Shown here: piece after piece, positions 27,773 through 41,934 of the stretch
Layout: each line of letters opens with the position of its first letter
Numbering within the stretch: the first letter of the stretch is position 1
Assembly: GCF_009914755.1 (NCBI RefSeq)
Contig: NC_060935.1
Origin: the human T2T-CHM13v2.0 reference genome, Homo sapiens
DNA: 64,000 nucleotides
Reading direction: 5' to 3' (one strand)
Notes under the pieces: model-generated
What the model saw: only the letters and a program-made list of their open reading frames with translations
Databases searched by the model: none
What the model was told of the DNA's origin: nothing
Made by a program: the position numbers and the translations under genes

Positions 27773-29255
27773 TGAGAGCTGACAGCGTGCTGGCAGCCCT
27801 CACAGCCCTCGCTCGCTCTCAGCGCCTCCTCGGCCTTGGCGCCCATTCTGGCCGTGCTTGAGGAGCCCTTCAGCGCGCCGCTGCACTGTGGGAGCCCCTT
27901 CTTGGGCTGGCCGAGGCCGGAGCCAGCTCCCTCAGCTTGCAGGCAGGTGTGGAGGGAGAGGCACGGGTGGGAACCGGGGCTGCGCGCGGTGCTTGTGGGC
28001 CAGCGCCAGTTCCGGGTGCCGGCCCTGGGCAATGAGGGGCTTAGCACCTGGGCCAGCAGCTGCGGAGGGTGTGCTGGGTCCCGCCTGCCCACTGGCGCTC
28101 CGCTCGCTGGATTTCTCGCTGGGCCTTAGCTGCCTCCCAGCAGGCAGGGCTCGGGACCTGCAGCCCGCCATGCCTTAGCCTCCCCCGACCTCCCCTGGGC
28201 TCCTGTGCGGCCCAAGCCTCCCCAAGGAGCGCCGCCCCCTGCTCTACTGTGCCCAGTCCCATCGACCACCCAAGGGCTGAGGAGTGTGGGCACACGGCGC
28301 GGGACTGGCAGGCAGCTCCACCTGCGGCCCCGGTTTGGGATCCACTGGGTGAAGCCAGCTGGGCTCCTGACTGGTGGGGACTTGGAGAATCTTTACGTCT
28401 AGCTAGGGGATTGTAAATACACCAATCAGCACTCTGTATCTAGCTCAAAGTTTGTAAACACACCAATCAGCACCCTGTGTCTGGCTATGCACCAATGGAC
28501 ACTCTGTATCTAGCTACTCTGGTGGGGACTTGGAGACATTTATGTCTAGCTCAAGGTTTGTAAACACACCAATCAGCACCCTGTGTCTAGCTCAGGGTTT
28601 GTGAATGCACCAATCAACACTCTGTATCTAGCTACTCTGGTGGGGTCTTGGAGAACCTTTGTGTGGACACTCTGTATCTAGCTAATCTAGTGGGGACGTG
28701 GAGAACCTTTGTGTCTAGCTCAGGGATTGTAAACTCACCAATCAGCACCCTGTCAAAACAGGCCATTCAGCTCTACCAATCAGCAGGATGTGGGTGGGGC
28801 CAGATAAGAGAATAAAAGCAGGCTGCCCGAGCCAGCGGTGGCAACCCGCTCGGGTTCCCTTCCACACTGTGGAAGCTTTGTTCTTTCGCTCTTCACAATA
28901 AATCCTGCTACTGCTCACTCTTTGGGTCCACACTGCCTTTATGAGCTGTAACACTCACCTCGAAGATCTGCAGCTTCACTCCTGAAGCCATCGAGACCAC
29001 AAACCCACCGGGAGGAACAAACAACTCCAGACGCGCAGCCTTAAGAGCTGTGACACTCACCGCAAAGGTCCGCAGTTTCACTCCTGAGCCAGCAAGACCA
29101 CGAACCCACCAGAAGGAAGAAACTCCGAACACATCCAAACACCAGAAGGAACAAACTCCAGACACGCCACCTTAAGAGCTGTAACACTCACCGCGCGGGT
29201 CCGCGGCTTCATTCTTGAAGTCAGTGAGACCAAGAACCCACCAATTCCGGACACA
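27773..29255 (+). mobile_element. LTR12 (LTR12C/D-like) ERV9 solo LTR, complete
   Basis: TGAGAGCTGACAGCGTGCTGG...CCAATTCCGGACACA; TG..CA ends; 4-bp TSD GTAG at 27769-27772 and 29256-29259; GC-rich U3 and tandem enhancer repeats. Confidence 0.95.
28400..28820 (+). promoter_or_regulatory. LTR12 U3 enhancer/promoter: CCAAT (NF-Y) repeat array, GATA site, AATAAAA TATA-like box
   Basis: CCAAT at 28422, 28463, 28492, 28569, 28610, 28738 and 28776; GATAAG at 28803; AATAAAA at 28811. Confidence 0.75.
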
Positions 29256-29289
29256 GTAGTAATCGTAACAACAGCAACCAGGGACAATT

Positions 29290-29450
29290 CCATTTATTAA
29301 GCACTTACTCCAGGCCTGATGTCTTGCTGGGTTGGTACAGCCACCCTTCCAGGCATGTAGCGTCATCTCCATTTTGCGGCTGAAGTTTAGGGAGAGTAAG
29401 TACGCTCCTCCAAGTTACACAGCTAATATGTAGTCTCTAGTCCAGACTCT
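29290..29450 (-). mobile_element. MIR fragment
   Basis: ATTTATTAAGCACTTAC...CCATTTTGCGG...CAAGTTACACAGCTAAT. Confidence 0.6.
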
Positions 29451-29614
29451 GAGAGCCTTCTCTATGCCAGGTGCTGGGCTCCTGTCACTCTCCCAGTACC
29501 TGCGAGGAGAGTGTGGGCCCTGCGAACCACTGCCCCACATGCATCCCTCTCAGATGACCTAAGCCAATCAACCAGGTCTCTCCCTCTGCAGCATGTAGTT
29601 CAGGGATGGACTGT

Positions 29615-30050
29615 GGTTATGGGTTGAATTGCGTCTTCCTCCAAAAAGATATGTTTAAGCCCTAACACCCAGTACCCAGAAACGTGACTTTCATTGGAGA
29701 TAGGGTCTTTGCAGAGGTTAATCAAGTTAAAATGAGGTAATTAGGGTATGCCGTAATCCCATATGACTGGTTGCCAAATAAAAAGGGGAAATGTGGACAA
29801 TGAGCTTCACAGGGAGAGGGTCTTGTGAAGACAGGTGTTGGGGGAGGGCAAGGGGCAGGTATGCCACACACCCCAAGGAACCGCCCGAAGCCAGGAGAGA
29901 TCCTTCCCTAGCATTGCCTGAGGGAAGGGGGCCCAACCAGCACCTTGATCCCATACTTCCAGTCTCTGGAGCTGTGGGGCAATGGACGTCTCTGGTTCTG
30001 AGTTGCAGAATCTGCACGCTTTGTTAGAGCAGCAATGGGAAACTGACACA
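29615..30050 (+). mobile_element. MLT1B/C MaLR LTR
   Basis: TTATGGGTTGAATTGCGTC...GATAGGGTCTTTGCAGAGG...GCAGCAATGGGAAACTGACACA. Confidence 0.85.
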
Positions 30051-32526
30051 GCCATCTCCTCCAGCCTGGGGGTGACACTCCAGAGGAGCGCAGCTCAGGG
30101 ATTCTGAGAACAGAAGCTGCTCCCCTTGTCCTGTTGGTTATAAAACAAGAAAAAAAGAAAAGGAGCACGTTGCCACCCGTTGATGCTGCTGACCTCCTTT
30201 TGCAAACATGAGGGGAGGCCATACATGGAAGGGGAAGGTCCAAGAGGTGGCCAGGCAGCGGGCAGTGTCTCCTGACCACCTGCCAAAGAGCCTGCCCTAG
30301 CTCAAAGGTTCTGCCTCCTTTGACTTCAGGGATCCTTGCTGCTCAGTTTCAGCTGTGCTTGCAGCAAGCGTCACACCCCCGTTTTTCAGAGGCGTAGATG
30401 GGCAAAGTGTCCCACCCAAGAGCCCACAATTCATAGGTGGCAGAGGTGGGACTGAACGAAGTCCACCCAACCTTGAATTCAGTGCTCCCGCCCACTATGG
30501 AGGTCATGACAGCGACATCCAGCATCCTAGGCTGCTTCTGGCAGTGGCGGATCTTCTTTATTTGTGTCTACCTGTTTACCATACCTCTTCCTATTTCAGT
30601 CCACTCCTAGCACCTTCCAATAACCTTGATTTAATGTAAATATATAGTTCTCATTTTTAATCCTTGGCACCTTCCTTCAGACATCGACCACTGGCCTTCT
30701 GGGCCTGCTCACCTCTGGCCACTCAGGGTCCCCAGTGGCTCTGGGCGAGCCCTGACCCGTTCCTCACCCGCAGGGTCTCACAGCAGGCTGTACTGCTCTG
30801 TCCACCTATGCCAGGCTGGCTCCCTACCACATGTACCCCTGGAAAGGAAAGAGAAACTTCCTCTGCACCCCTGCTGCCCTGGGCTCCACGTGTCATTACT
30901 CTTGTGTTTGCTCCCACAGGAGACTGTCATCACCTGGAACATAAGCACTTCATGGGTTTCGAATCTTCTCACTCTGACTTGGATGGCAGACCACTGGGAA
31001 ATTAAGGCATTATCTCATGGCTTTGCCATATTATACTTTTCCCACTTATTCAACAAATATTTGAACACCTGCCACCGTGAGTAATGCACTGCATTGCTGA
31101 GAGCTATGAGATTAATTAATTAATGAGAGTCCCTGTCCACACTGAGCTGACTGCACAGAGAAGAATAGAGACCAAATAATAATACTAATAATAATGAGAG
31201 AGAGATGTGAACACAGGGCTCATTTAGGGGAAGGGAAATGATTCCATATGTTTGGTGTATGGAGCTGTAAAAGACAAAACTGGAGACGTGAGTAAACTTA
31301 GGCCCTGGATGCCTTATAAGTATGTTAACTGCTGAAGACTGATTACCTGGTACATAATAAATATTAAACCCCTTCCTGTTTTAAGGGTTACTCATTCACG
31401 CTAACATACCCATGTATAGAGTTTTGTTTCACCATTGGAAGGGGAATTAGAAGCCCAAAAGATACTGCGCGGTAGTGAAACCGGGTAACGAGCAGGTGCT
31501 GGCTGAGAAGTCAGGGTTCTGCCTCCTTCCCCACCCCAGGCCTTTTTCTGAGAGTCTGCCTGCTCTGCTGTTCCAGGAGGAAAGATAAAAATCTTATTCT
31601 GCAAAAGCTGTTTCCTATCAGTTTTGCTGGGCTCGGCCCTAGCCCTGCTGAGCTGCTGAGCTGCAGAGCTGTGCTGGAAGTGACTTCTTTGATGTTTTCA
31701 AAGGTCGGAGCACATCTCTCCCCTTTTGGAGTGTCACTCGGCTCTAGGCAGACGATGTTTCAGCTGTGGGGAGAGCCAATTAGAGCCAATTATAACCTAA
31801 CTAACCTCCCATGACACCAAAACTCCTTGTAGAATTTGCCAGCTTCTTGCAAAAATAGTGTGCATACAGGCCTGACTCCCGTGTGGAATATGCCCCAACT
31901 CCAGTTATCACTGAAGGTTCAGTCATTTTCCACTGTGACGGCATATTACAGTCACCTGGGCACAGTATTCATCACTGACGCTGAGATTCCAGGCCCCGAT
32001 AGTCCAATTTAGTGTCGGAGATGTGGGTCCCGGCATCAGTGAAAAAACATCCCCAGGTTTGAAAAATAGTGATGAATCTGAATTCACCCAAAAACACAGC
32101 TGGGCTTCTCTGAAACCCAACTGCTTTCTCTCCTTTCCCATTACACACGTTTTTCTGGATTAGTTGGCATCTGCATTTATTAACATTGGGTCCTTATTTC
32201 ATATTTTGTGATTATTCATTCTAATTATATTAACTCTTTCAGGTATGTCCCTAATATATCTGTACTTTCATCTGATGTTATTTTTTTTCTAACCGAATAT
32301 ATTTCAGGAATCTTGAACTACACAAGTGAAGAGAATAAAATTTGTTGTAAACTTTTTTCCAAAATAGTTGTGAAAACTATTTTTATTCAGTCAACAGGAA
32401 ACTGAATCCATAGCATCTAGAAATAAATGTGCATCTTTGACAACTATAGCCACACACTTGACATAAGTGTGTATATTTTCCTGTGTTTATCTATAAGCCT
32501 ATATCCATACACATAAGCATTTATCT

Positions 32527-32545
32527 CACACACACACACACACAC
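32527..32545. repeat. (CA)n microsatellite
   Basis: Directly visible. Confidence 0.9.
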
Positions 32546-33099
32546 CTCCCATAGCACAAAGTCTTGTAGCCAACCTCCAATAGGGAGTAATTCTTGAAGG
32601 AAAAAAGTGAATGAATATACACATGGATAGATGCACAGATGCTGAAAGTACAAGGTAAATAACTTATATTCACTTAAATATGGATATATAGCTTATATGT
32701 AAATACAACCTTATTTCCAGTTGGCATCTGAAAATAACAGAACATCTGTTTTAAATTCCAAATTTTTATTCAATCAGTCTATGTAAATTACTGACGTATT
32801 CACAGAGCAGGATATGACTTTTTATTTTTAAATGTTAGCATATTATATTGATGCTTTTAATAATTATTAAAACAAAACTTCATTACTTTATTATTAAGGG
32901 TACGTTCAAGATGACCCTTAAAATATAAGGGGATTTATTAGACTCCATGATGAGAAATGAAAAGAAATAGTAATTTCCAGAATAAGTCAGGTTTCAGATC
33001 ACGAGACTAATGCCAAATAGCAGCAGACACCATTGAGTCCAACAATTTTCAAAGCTTTCGATTTGGTTTGTAGCAGCAGAACTCCTTCCTTTCATAAAA

Positions 33100-33750
33100 T
33101 CTTGAGCAGAAAACCGGCATCCGCTCCGAGAGCAGCAGCCCTGATTGAAGTGAGGCCTTCGAGCCCCCCGCATCAGCGGCCCCGGCTCCGGACAAGCGCA
33201 GCTTGGGAACCGTCGAGCTAGTCTGGAGACTCTCGGTTCTCGCTGCACATTAAAAAAAAAATTACCTGGGAGGCTTTTGAGAAGTCCCAGACCCCACCCT
33301 AGAGATTCCGACTTAGTTGGGCTGAGGTGGTGACCGTAACGCACAGCCAGGGTTGACAGCCACTGGCCCCGCACAGCTCCTGCAGCCCGGGAGCAAAGCC
33401 GAAGCCCGGGGAGGCAGGAAGGCGTGGAAAGGCGACACCGCAGGGCGGGCTGGGGCCGTGCCGGGGCCAGAGCTCGTGCTCCTGAATTACTCCAGCCCCG
33501 TGACGACGCTGCGCGCGCAGCAGCCGCCGGGAAGTGCCGCTCTCTGAGGGGAGCGACTGCTGCAGGACCCCCGAAGGAGTCTGTTGTCACCACAGCTGGG
33601 CCAGAGGGGAGCTTACCATGCTCCCCCAGACGCAGCCGTCCGCCTGCTCCCACGAAACAGTCATGGGCAGCGCCCATTCTCATATAACGTTCTAACAGGA
33701 CGGAGGGCTGAAGGAAGGGCGGCCGGCAAGCCTGGCTTCATGGGTTGTCT
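33100..33750. promoter_or_regulatory. CpG-island-like region, candidate promoter
   Basis: Dense CpGs, a GC box (GGGCGG), and a strong minus-strand donor ATG|GTAAGC at 33617/33616. Confidence 0.6.
33225..33365. mobile_element. MER5A fragment inside the CpG island
   Basis: GCTGCACATTA...TTACCTGGGAGGCTTTTG...CCCCACCCTAGAGATTCCGACTTAGTTGG...GCCAGGGTTGACAGCCACTG. Confidence 0.7.
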
Positions 33751-33814
33751 CTCAGAAGAAAATAAACTCGTGATTGGTGCGGCCAGCGATTTTAATAATA
33801 ATGACAGCTAAGAT

Positions 33815-34020
33815 TGATCGTTTCGTTAAGTGTTTTATACACATCCTCTCATTCAGTCCTCGGAACACACCAAGGAGACTCATAGCCCTTTGGATGAGGA
33901 AACTTAAAGTCTTAGTTCTCAAAGAAGGTTAGTGATTCGCCCAAGGTCATAGAGCTTTAATTGGCTGAGCTGAGAGTTCAACATGGGCCTGATTTGAGAG
34001 CCTGTGTTTTTAACCGCCAG
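33815..34020 (-). mobile_element. MIR
   Basis: GATGAGGAAACT...GGTTAGTGATTCGCCCAAGGTCATAGAGC. Confidence 0.7.
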
Positions 34021-35522
34021 AGTATAAAATATAAAATGTAAAACTACTCAATTGCCTTGATTTTAGGGGCCCTCAACTTGAGCTCGAGGTCCTGGGAGGC
34101 CATCCTCATCTTTCCTTCATAAAAGCTGGAGTCTCTTCCACATCCAGGAAGCCCATCCTCCAGCTAGAAATCCCTTCAGGCCTCCTTGAGGAAAGTATTG
34201 CTATAAATGAGGCACATTAGCTCTTTTTGTGTTGTGTATTTATTTCTTTATTATTTGCCCTCGTTATCTAGAAATCTATATTTTAACCCTAATTGTCTCC
34301 CTGCGGCAATGATGAAGGCATGACTCTGAGATTTGCATTGCAAACACCATCAGGCCTTCAACAGGAGCAGACGAATTCCGAACTTGGCGTCTAACAGCAT
34401 TTATTGCTTCATTTTCATGTCTTCCCGGCTTCAGTTTGGGCCAAAGTTGTTAATATTTTTTTCAGGTTCGGAAAGGATGGGAGGAGGTGGAATTCAGGAT
34501 CATGATTTCAGCCTGCGTTGACTCTACCCAGTAGATCAAAATTGAACTTTTACCACTGAAACGATATCTTTGAATAAAAAAACCTATGGATCAGTGCCTT
34601 ATGTACATTTTACTAATGAATATTTATAGGACCACTCACAGGGTGTACAATCTCATACAAGCCATTCTATTTAGACAATGGTTATTTGGGAAAAACAAAA
34701 GGGGCCCTAGAAAAAGCTATGCAGTAAGTGGGATGCATTTTTATTCCTCCCAAGGGGAGGTGAGAAGCCTTCAATGGATAGCTGCACTTTTTCAGTTCTA
34801 TTGTCTTAAAAGTTTTATTTATTTTAGAAATAGTTACAACCTAGCCAGGTAAATATATTGCGATAAATTCCATTTAACTTTTTCCCTCACTGGAATAGCC
34901 TCATAAAAGACAACAAAAACCTGCAGAAAATTCAATGAGGGAGTAAGATTGTCAATACAGTGTGTGTGTTTTTGAAAATAAAATGGCACAATCAGGTATA
35001 AAGAAGAGTCTTCATTCAAGTTAATAAAAATCAATCTAGAAAAAAGAAAACTGCATTTTGGTGTCTAAGTAATCTTATCTTTTAATAATAATAAAACTTT
35101 CCACTTTATAGGGCTTTTTCTTTGGAGTCTCTAAGAGTTTGTCAAGCAAGTGCTGGACTAGGGTTGATGGTACACCCAGAAGCTAAGAGTCTGTCCCTGA
35201 CCTCCACCAGTAATGATGGCGAGACCTTATCCTTGAGGCACCTCTGCTACACATACACTTCCCCATCATTGCCATCCCTTAACTCACCCATCAGTAATGT
35301 TGACAAGCCAGTGTTGTTCCAACTACAAAACCAAATATAATTAAGAGGAAATGGGAATTCTGTAAAAAAGCCTGTGCATTAGGTACTATTTTGTTGCAAA
35401 TAATGAAACGCACTTAATAAATGGGACCTATGCCACATGAATAGATGACTGTAAACACCCAAATGAAAAATAATAAATCTGACTTCCAGAGCCAGATAAA
35501 ACTATTTTCATTTTATTGAACT

Positions 35523-35703
35523 ACCATATTTTTATGTCTCTAAGAAGTCATTGATTGCAAGACATGCCATCAATCTAATAACTTTCCAGGGAGAAAGGAA
35601 AGAACAACCACACTGAATATACATAGCAATTATAAGAAACATATTGATTTTAGAAATGTTAAAACATGGGGGGGAATATGTCTTACAAGTGAGGAAATAC
35701 AGC
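35523..35703. mobile_element. MER104-like Tc2 DNA element
   Basis: TACCATATTT...GATTGCAAGACATGCCATC...GATTTTAGAAATGTTAAAA...GTCTTACAAGTGAGGAAATACAG. Confidence 0.55.
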
Positions 35704-35729
35704 AAATATAAATGTATACTAAGTTTAAA

Positions 35730-35925
35730 GAGTACTTTTATATTTATTATCTAATTTTTACCACAATTTCATAAAGCTGCTATGATTATTCCATTTTACA
35801 GATGAAAAAAAGCCCAGCCTCTGAGATGTTGATTAACTTGCTCAGGATCACACAGCTAATAAACAAATACCCTTAACTCTTTGCTTCTGAATTCCATGTT
35901 CTTCTCACCACTCCACACTACCTTT
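35730..35925 (-). mobile_element. MIR
   Basis: ATTATTCCATTTTACAGATGAAAA...AACTTGCTCAGGATCACACAGCTAA. Confidence 0.75.
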
Positions 35926-37397
35926 CCGTCTTAAAGTAATAGAACCCTTTTATCTAAAATGTTTTTCTGATCACTAATAAAGAAAGATACATTTTTACAA
36001 GACTGCTCCAATAAATTCTTCACAACTGCTCTTGAAATTTCTTCATGCTTAGCTAAGATGGTCTTCACACCACCTATAAATCAAGTTCTCTACTCATTCT
36101 TGGTAGTCAGGTTAATAGAGATGCAGCGATCCCAAAGGATGCACCCTCCAAGAAAAGATACGGATCACTGGCTGAAAGCTCATATGGCCCCTGCAGCTAG
36201 CTCACTGCTGTTCGCTTCCTCACTTATTCTGGACAGAGCACACCTGCTTTTGCAGATTAAAATTGTGAATTGGCTACGTTAATTACCCTTGGTGTGTTGT
36301 GAATCTTCTTTTTGAACCTTCACTAATGAATGTGCAGTGCCCGTGAAGCTTTCATTGGCTGGTTATGCAATCAGCTGTCCCCACAGCGTCTCAGTGATGA
36401 GAGTGGGAACCTGCAAGTGGCTTTCTCCATTACCTAGATTGCTAGAAATCGATTCAGTGGTGGGAGTCTGGCTATACCTGGTTATGACCTGGAAGCCTCC
36501 TGGGAGGTCAGCAGATCTAGAGTCAGAGGAGCATTTGCCTAATGCGGACATGCCTCACGGTGTACCATCCAGGGCCTGGGTATGGGGTGGCACTGGGGGA
36601 CATCTGACATCCCCCATGGTGCATGTGGCCAGCACAGTGGTGGCAGAATGTGTAAACAAGGAACCAGAGCAAATCCTCATCAACACAATCGGTGCCACAA
36701 CCGGATGGAGGACAGACAAGCCTCGAGAGGGGAAAGGAGGCTTGCTCTTCCCTCTGGCCTGCAGTAAGGGCCCTCCAGGCTACTTCACCAACCACAAGTC
36801 CCAACTTAGACAAAGCCAGGTGCACTCTGCAATCCCGCCCCCTTCTCACCCGCAGAGACACTGTGCTGGAGGCTATGGAAGTACATAGGGAGTTTCTGTT
36901 TTTGTCCCAATAAACATCAACAAGTAAGCAGAAGTATTTGTTTTGGTTTATTAGTGAAAGATTCCCCAGAACTACAAGTTTAGTGGTAATTATTTAAGAG
37001 TTTGAATTTTCCATTAGTATTCAGGGGCTTGCTTTATGCTTCAAGCCTGATGCTCTTACTAAGTCACTTCTTACCATTTAAAGAGGGGGAAGCTATAACT
37101 GAGCTTGTTGTGTAGGAAAGGCAAAAAAAAATGAGGACAAAGAGAGAAGCCCATGATAAATTTGGAATGCAGTGGGGGTTCCAACAGTAACACCAAAGTG
37201 ACTTTCTACGTAATAATCAGATCCTCTGAGACCAGTGGTCCCTTTGCATGGCCCCGAGAGAAAACCGCACAGAAAACAGAGACAGCTTTTTAAAGGCAAG
37301 AGAAAACTTGTTTGATTTCCTCTTTTAACATAATTTGGGGAAAAAATACAAAACAAATTAAAAAATTGAGTTTGCTCATTAAAAAGCCACAATGAGT

Positions 37398-37668
37398 TTG
37401 AGTGTGGTGGTTCATGCCTGTAATCCCAACACAAGACAGATGGAGGCCAGGAGATTGAGATGAGCCTGGCCAGCATGGTGAAACCTCCTCACCTCTACTA
37501 AAAATATAAAAATTAGCTGGGTGTGCCGGTGCGTGCCTGTAATCCCAGCTACTCAGGAGGCCGAGACATGAGAATTGCTGAAGCTGGGGAGGTAAGGTTG
37601 CAGTGAGCTGAGACCACACCACTGTCCTCCAGCCTGGGGGACAAAGTGAGACGCTGTCCAAAAAAACA
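37398..37668 (+). mobile_element. Degenerate Alu (J or old S)
   Basis: Two Alu arms; TSD-like AAAAAGCCACAATGA / AAAAACCCACAATGA. Confidence 0.88.
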
Positions 37669-37669
37669 A

Positions 37670-38770
<1,101 letters not shown>

Positions 38771-40699
38771 ATTAATTAACTAATTGTTTTAAACGCCCTA
38801 ACTATAAAGAAAATTCAAAGTAGTTACTTTAAGAGAAACCCCATTTCCCAAAAGCCATGTAAAATGGGGCAGACATTTCCTCCGTAGTGTGACCCTACGT
38901 CCCATCCAGAGACCAAGGACAGCACAGGAGGTTACCTTAGCAGCCCCCGCTCCTTAGGAGATGGATTTTACTTTTCTCTCTATTGTAAAAAGGGAACAGA
39001 TGTCCCCTAGGCAATTTTACTGCAAAGGATCTCAGCAAGTGGTAGCTGCTTCAGGCTTCAGCCATCCCTTCCAGGTACTTCTGAACTAAGGGAATTTCCT
39101 TCCTTTCTTGGCCGCCCCTCCTGGAGTCTCCACCCACAGAGCTGAGCCTGCCTGGTCCGCTCCACTACAGAGCGTGAGGACAGATCTGATATACATAAAT
39201 CAACATATTCCTCATTTTCTAGCACTGCCTTTGACAGCTGTTACATGAGCACATTGTTGGAAACTGTCAAGCAATGATACACAGTGCCTTTTACAACATA
39301 TGTTGACTTTTATCTAATGTAGCTCCATAATTAGCCCCAGGGAAAGTGAATCCAGGCATCCACCTGGCTGTGTGATCTCAGTTAACCTTTGCTTTCTTCT
39401 GAGGGAAGTTAGCGGGGTCAGGGGTGGAGATCCAGGCAATGAGGCCCCCAGGACTCAGAGAAAGGCAGTAAGTGTGCAAGCTGTGCAGGATATGGGAGAC
39501 AAACTGCTTACACTTCCCTACCCTCAGCCTATGGTCAGAGATTGGGGGGTCCAGGGGTTCTGGTCAGGGTTTTCAAGTCCTTCAGGCCTGGATGAGCTCT
39601 GGGATCATTAATGGAAAAATAAAATAAATCTTCCTGGAACCTGGGCCATTCAACGTGAAAGAACCTGAGAGAAAAAGCTAAGTGTTGCTTTAAACAGTAT
39701 TCTTGTTGCTCCTCTGTTTCTCTTTCAGGAAATGACAAAACTTGCAAACCACTCATGGCAAGAAAAACACATTTCCACTGACCTTCAGGGTTTGGCAGGT
39801 CTTTTAGCCATGAAAATTGATACAATAAAATATGGACTTGGGGTAAGAAGGTCTGGATTCAAGTTCCTGATCCTTCACTTACCAACAGAGTAACCATAGG
39901 AAACTTATAATTTGTCAGGGCCTTCCTGTCCTCAGCTTCAAATGGGAACAAGGGCAGCAGGTGCATTGGCAAAATCATTAAAGCCAGTGATGTGGTAGTG
40001 GTTCTCCATGGCTCCCCCAGCACCCTGGACAGTGCCTAGATCAAGAAACCTTTTTAATAAATGAATTCATACATTCAGTATTCTAATGAAGACCAAATGA
40101 GGAGATGTAGAAACATTTTGAGGACAGAAACTCAGTGTCCAAATATCAGTTATTTGATTTACGCTTCCATGTCTGGTTTTCGGAGCTAGGTCAGAGACAG
40201 AGCACTAGCTATCTTACAAGCAATAAACCAGAATAAATCTGAGGGAATTCAAAAGGTATGAACTGAACTAAAGGCAAAAGAGTTGTCTAAAAGTTTAACT
40301 GTTTGAAGACAACTAGCATTCCCCATATAGACACACCCCAAGTCAAAAAATGGAAAAAGGAATTCCCAAGGGGATGTCCTCCTGAAGGAATTGTACCTCT
40401 GTCTGCATCCGTTCACCATGAGTCCCACCTCAGCCGTCCATGAGTACCACCTGCCACATGCAATGCAATGTCAGAGAGACTGTGGGAACTCACAAACCAC
40501 ATAAAGCAAGGTACCTGCTCTGCAAGTGTCTGGGTTGGGCCCCAGGGATGCAATAAAGACCGGACACCGTGCTTGACCTCAGGGAGTCCAGTGGGAGAGG
40601 GAGTCCAATGGGGTGGCAGTGCAGCAGGGCTATGATACAAAGAAGTAGCCAGGAAAAGGGCCACAGACAGAATCCCAAAGAACAGCCATTTAGGATATG

Positions 40700-41400
40700 G
40701 ACAAAGAGGACTGTCCAAAGTAGGAAGAAAATTAAGAGAAAAAGATGTCCTAGAAACCAATAGAGAAGTAAATTTCCAGAATGAGTCCTCATTTCCTAGG
40801 TTAAGATGCTATGGAAAGTTCAAGTAAAATAAGGACTGAAAACCATTCAGGAGATAACCAATCAGCAATGAACAAGTGATTTTATTGAGACACGTAAAAA
40901 ATTAGGTAGTATTATCAAGGCAGTTCTGACCAGGTGTCAAAGGGTAAAAACTATAAATGTTATGAGAACTCATAAGATGGAGGGAAAGATCTCTGTAGGA
41001 GAGAGAGGTTAAAAGATGACTGATTCACAAGATATAAATTGAAGTGGGCCTTGAGAGATGAGTAGAATGGCGGGGGATGGGGAGGACAGCAGGGGACTAG
41101 AGCTCCCAATTAGGGGTAAAGCTTGAGTACAGCATGGGGCTGTGTATACTCTGGTGATTTCCAAGGGCCAGGGAAGCGGGTTTGGGGAAATGAGGCTGGG
41201 AAAGGAATTTGGGGTCAGACTGAGAAGGGACTTAGAGGCCAGAGTCCCAGTTTGTCCCATAAGATTTGGGTAGGGTCAGATATGTGCACTTGAAGCCTGG
41301 AGAAGATCCATGTAACAGCAGTGTGCTGGCTAGACTGGAGGGGAGAGAAGCAGCTAGCTCAGAGGCCACAGAACAAGAGGAAGAGGCAGGGCTTAACCTG
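40700..41400 (-). mobile_element. L2 fragments
   Basis: GATGCTATGGAAAGTTCAAGTAAAATAAGGACTGAAAA and purine-rich L2-like antisense sequence. Confidence 0.5.
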
Positions 41401-41529
41401 GAAAATATAAAGGGTCAGGCTTTCACTCATATGAGCAATATTTTTGTCATAAATGAGACCATTTGCCTATCATGGCAGGGAGCAAATCCCCTTATCCCTT
41501 GTATCAGCATGCTAGGTTCCCTTAGAGTT

Positions 41530-41760
41530 TAAGACGATGGGGTCTGAAGTCAGACTGAGCTGGTTCAAAGATCAGATCGGTGACATCCCTACCACACGCC
41601 CTTGTTAGGTTGCCTACCTCCTTGGAGCTTCAATTTCCTCATGTATGAAATGGAGAAATCAATAGAACCTACTCAGAGTGTTTTAAGTATATTAAAAGAG
41701 GTAATGAATGTAAATGGCTGACAAAGGATAAGCACTCAATAAGTGTTATCTATGATACTA
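41530..41760 (+). mobile_element. MIR
   Basis: CTTCAATTTCCTCATGTATGAAATGGAGA...AAGCACTCAATAAGTGTTA. Confidence 0.75.
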
Positions 41761-41934
41761 TTTTATTACTGAAGAATATTGCTCAATCAGGTTGGAGAAA
41801 TATCTGCAAAGCATACGAAATAAACACCTCGAGAAATGCAAGTCATCAATAAACATGAAAAATTGCTTACCTTCAGATATTCAAAAATTTACATGATCTA
41901 GTAGCTGACACTTAAACAATCTGAGAATACCAAG

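Noticed and set aside
27646-29372. Cluster of overlapping ORFs and a regularly spaced repeat array
   Set aside because: All lie within LTR12. The repeats are its U3/U5 tandem units, not a CRISPR array (no unique spacers, no cas genes).
32994-33683. 229-aa minus-strand ORF
   Set aside because: Ala/Arg/Gly/Pro-rich by-product of GC-rich DNA; it runs through a MER5A and has no recognisable domain.
34305-34332. C-box ATGATGA followed by CTGA (also about 26048-26090)
   Set aside because: Spacing is too short for a C/D snoRNA and there is no terminal stem.
36337-36888. 183-aa ORF
   Set aside because: Non-ATG start, no recognisable domain or exon structure.
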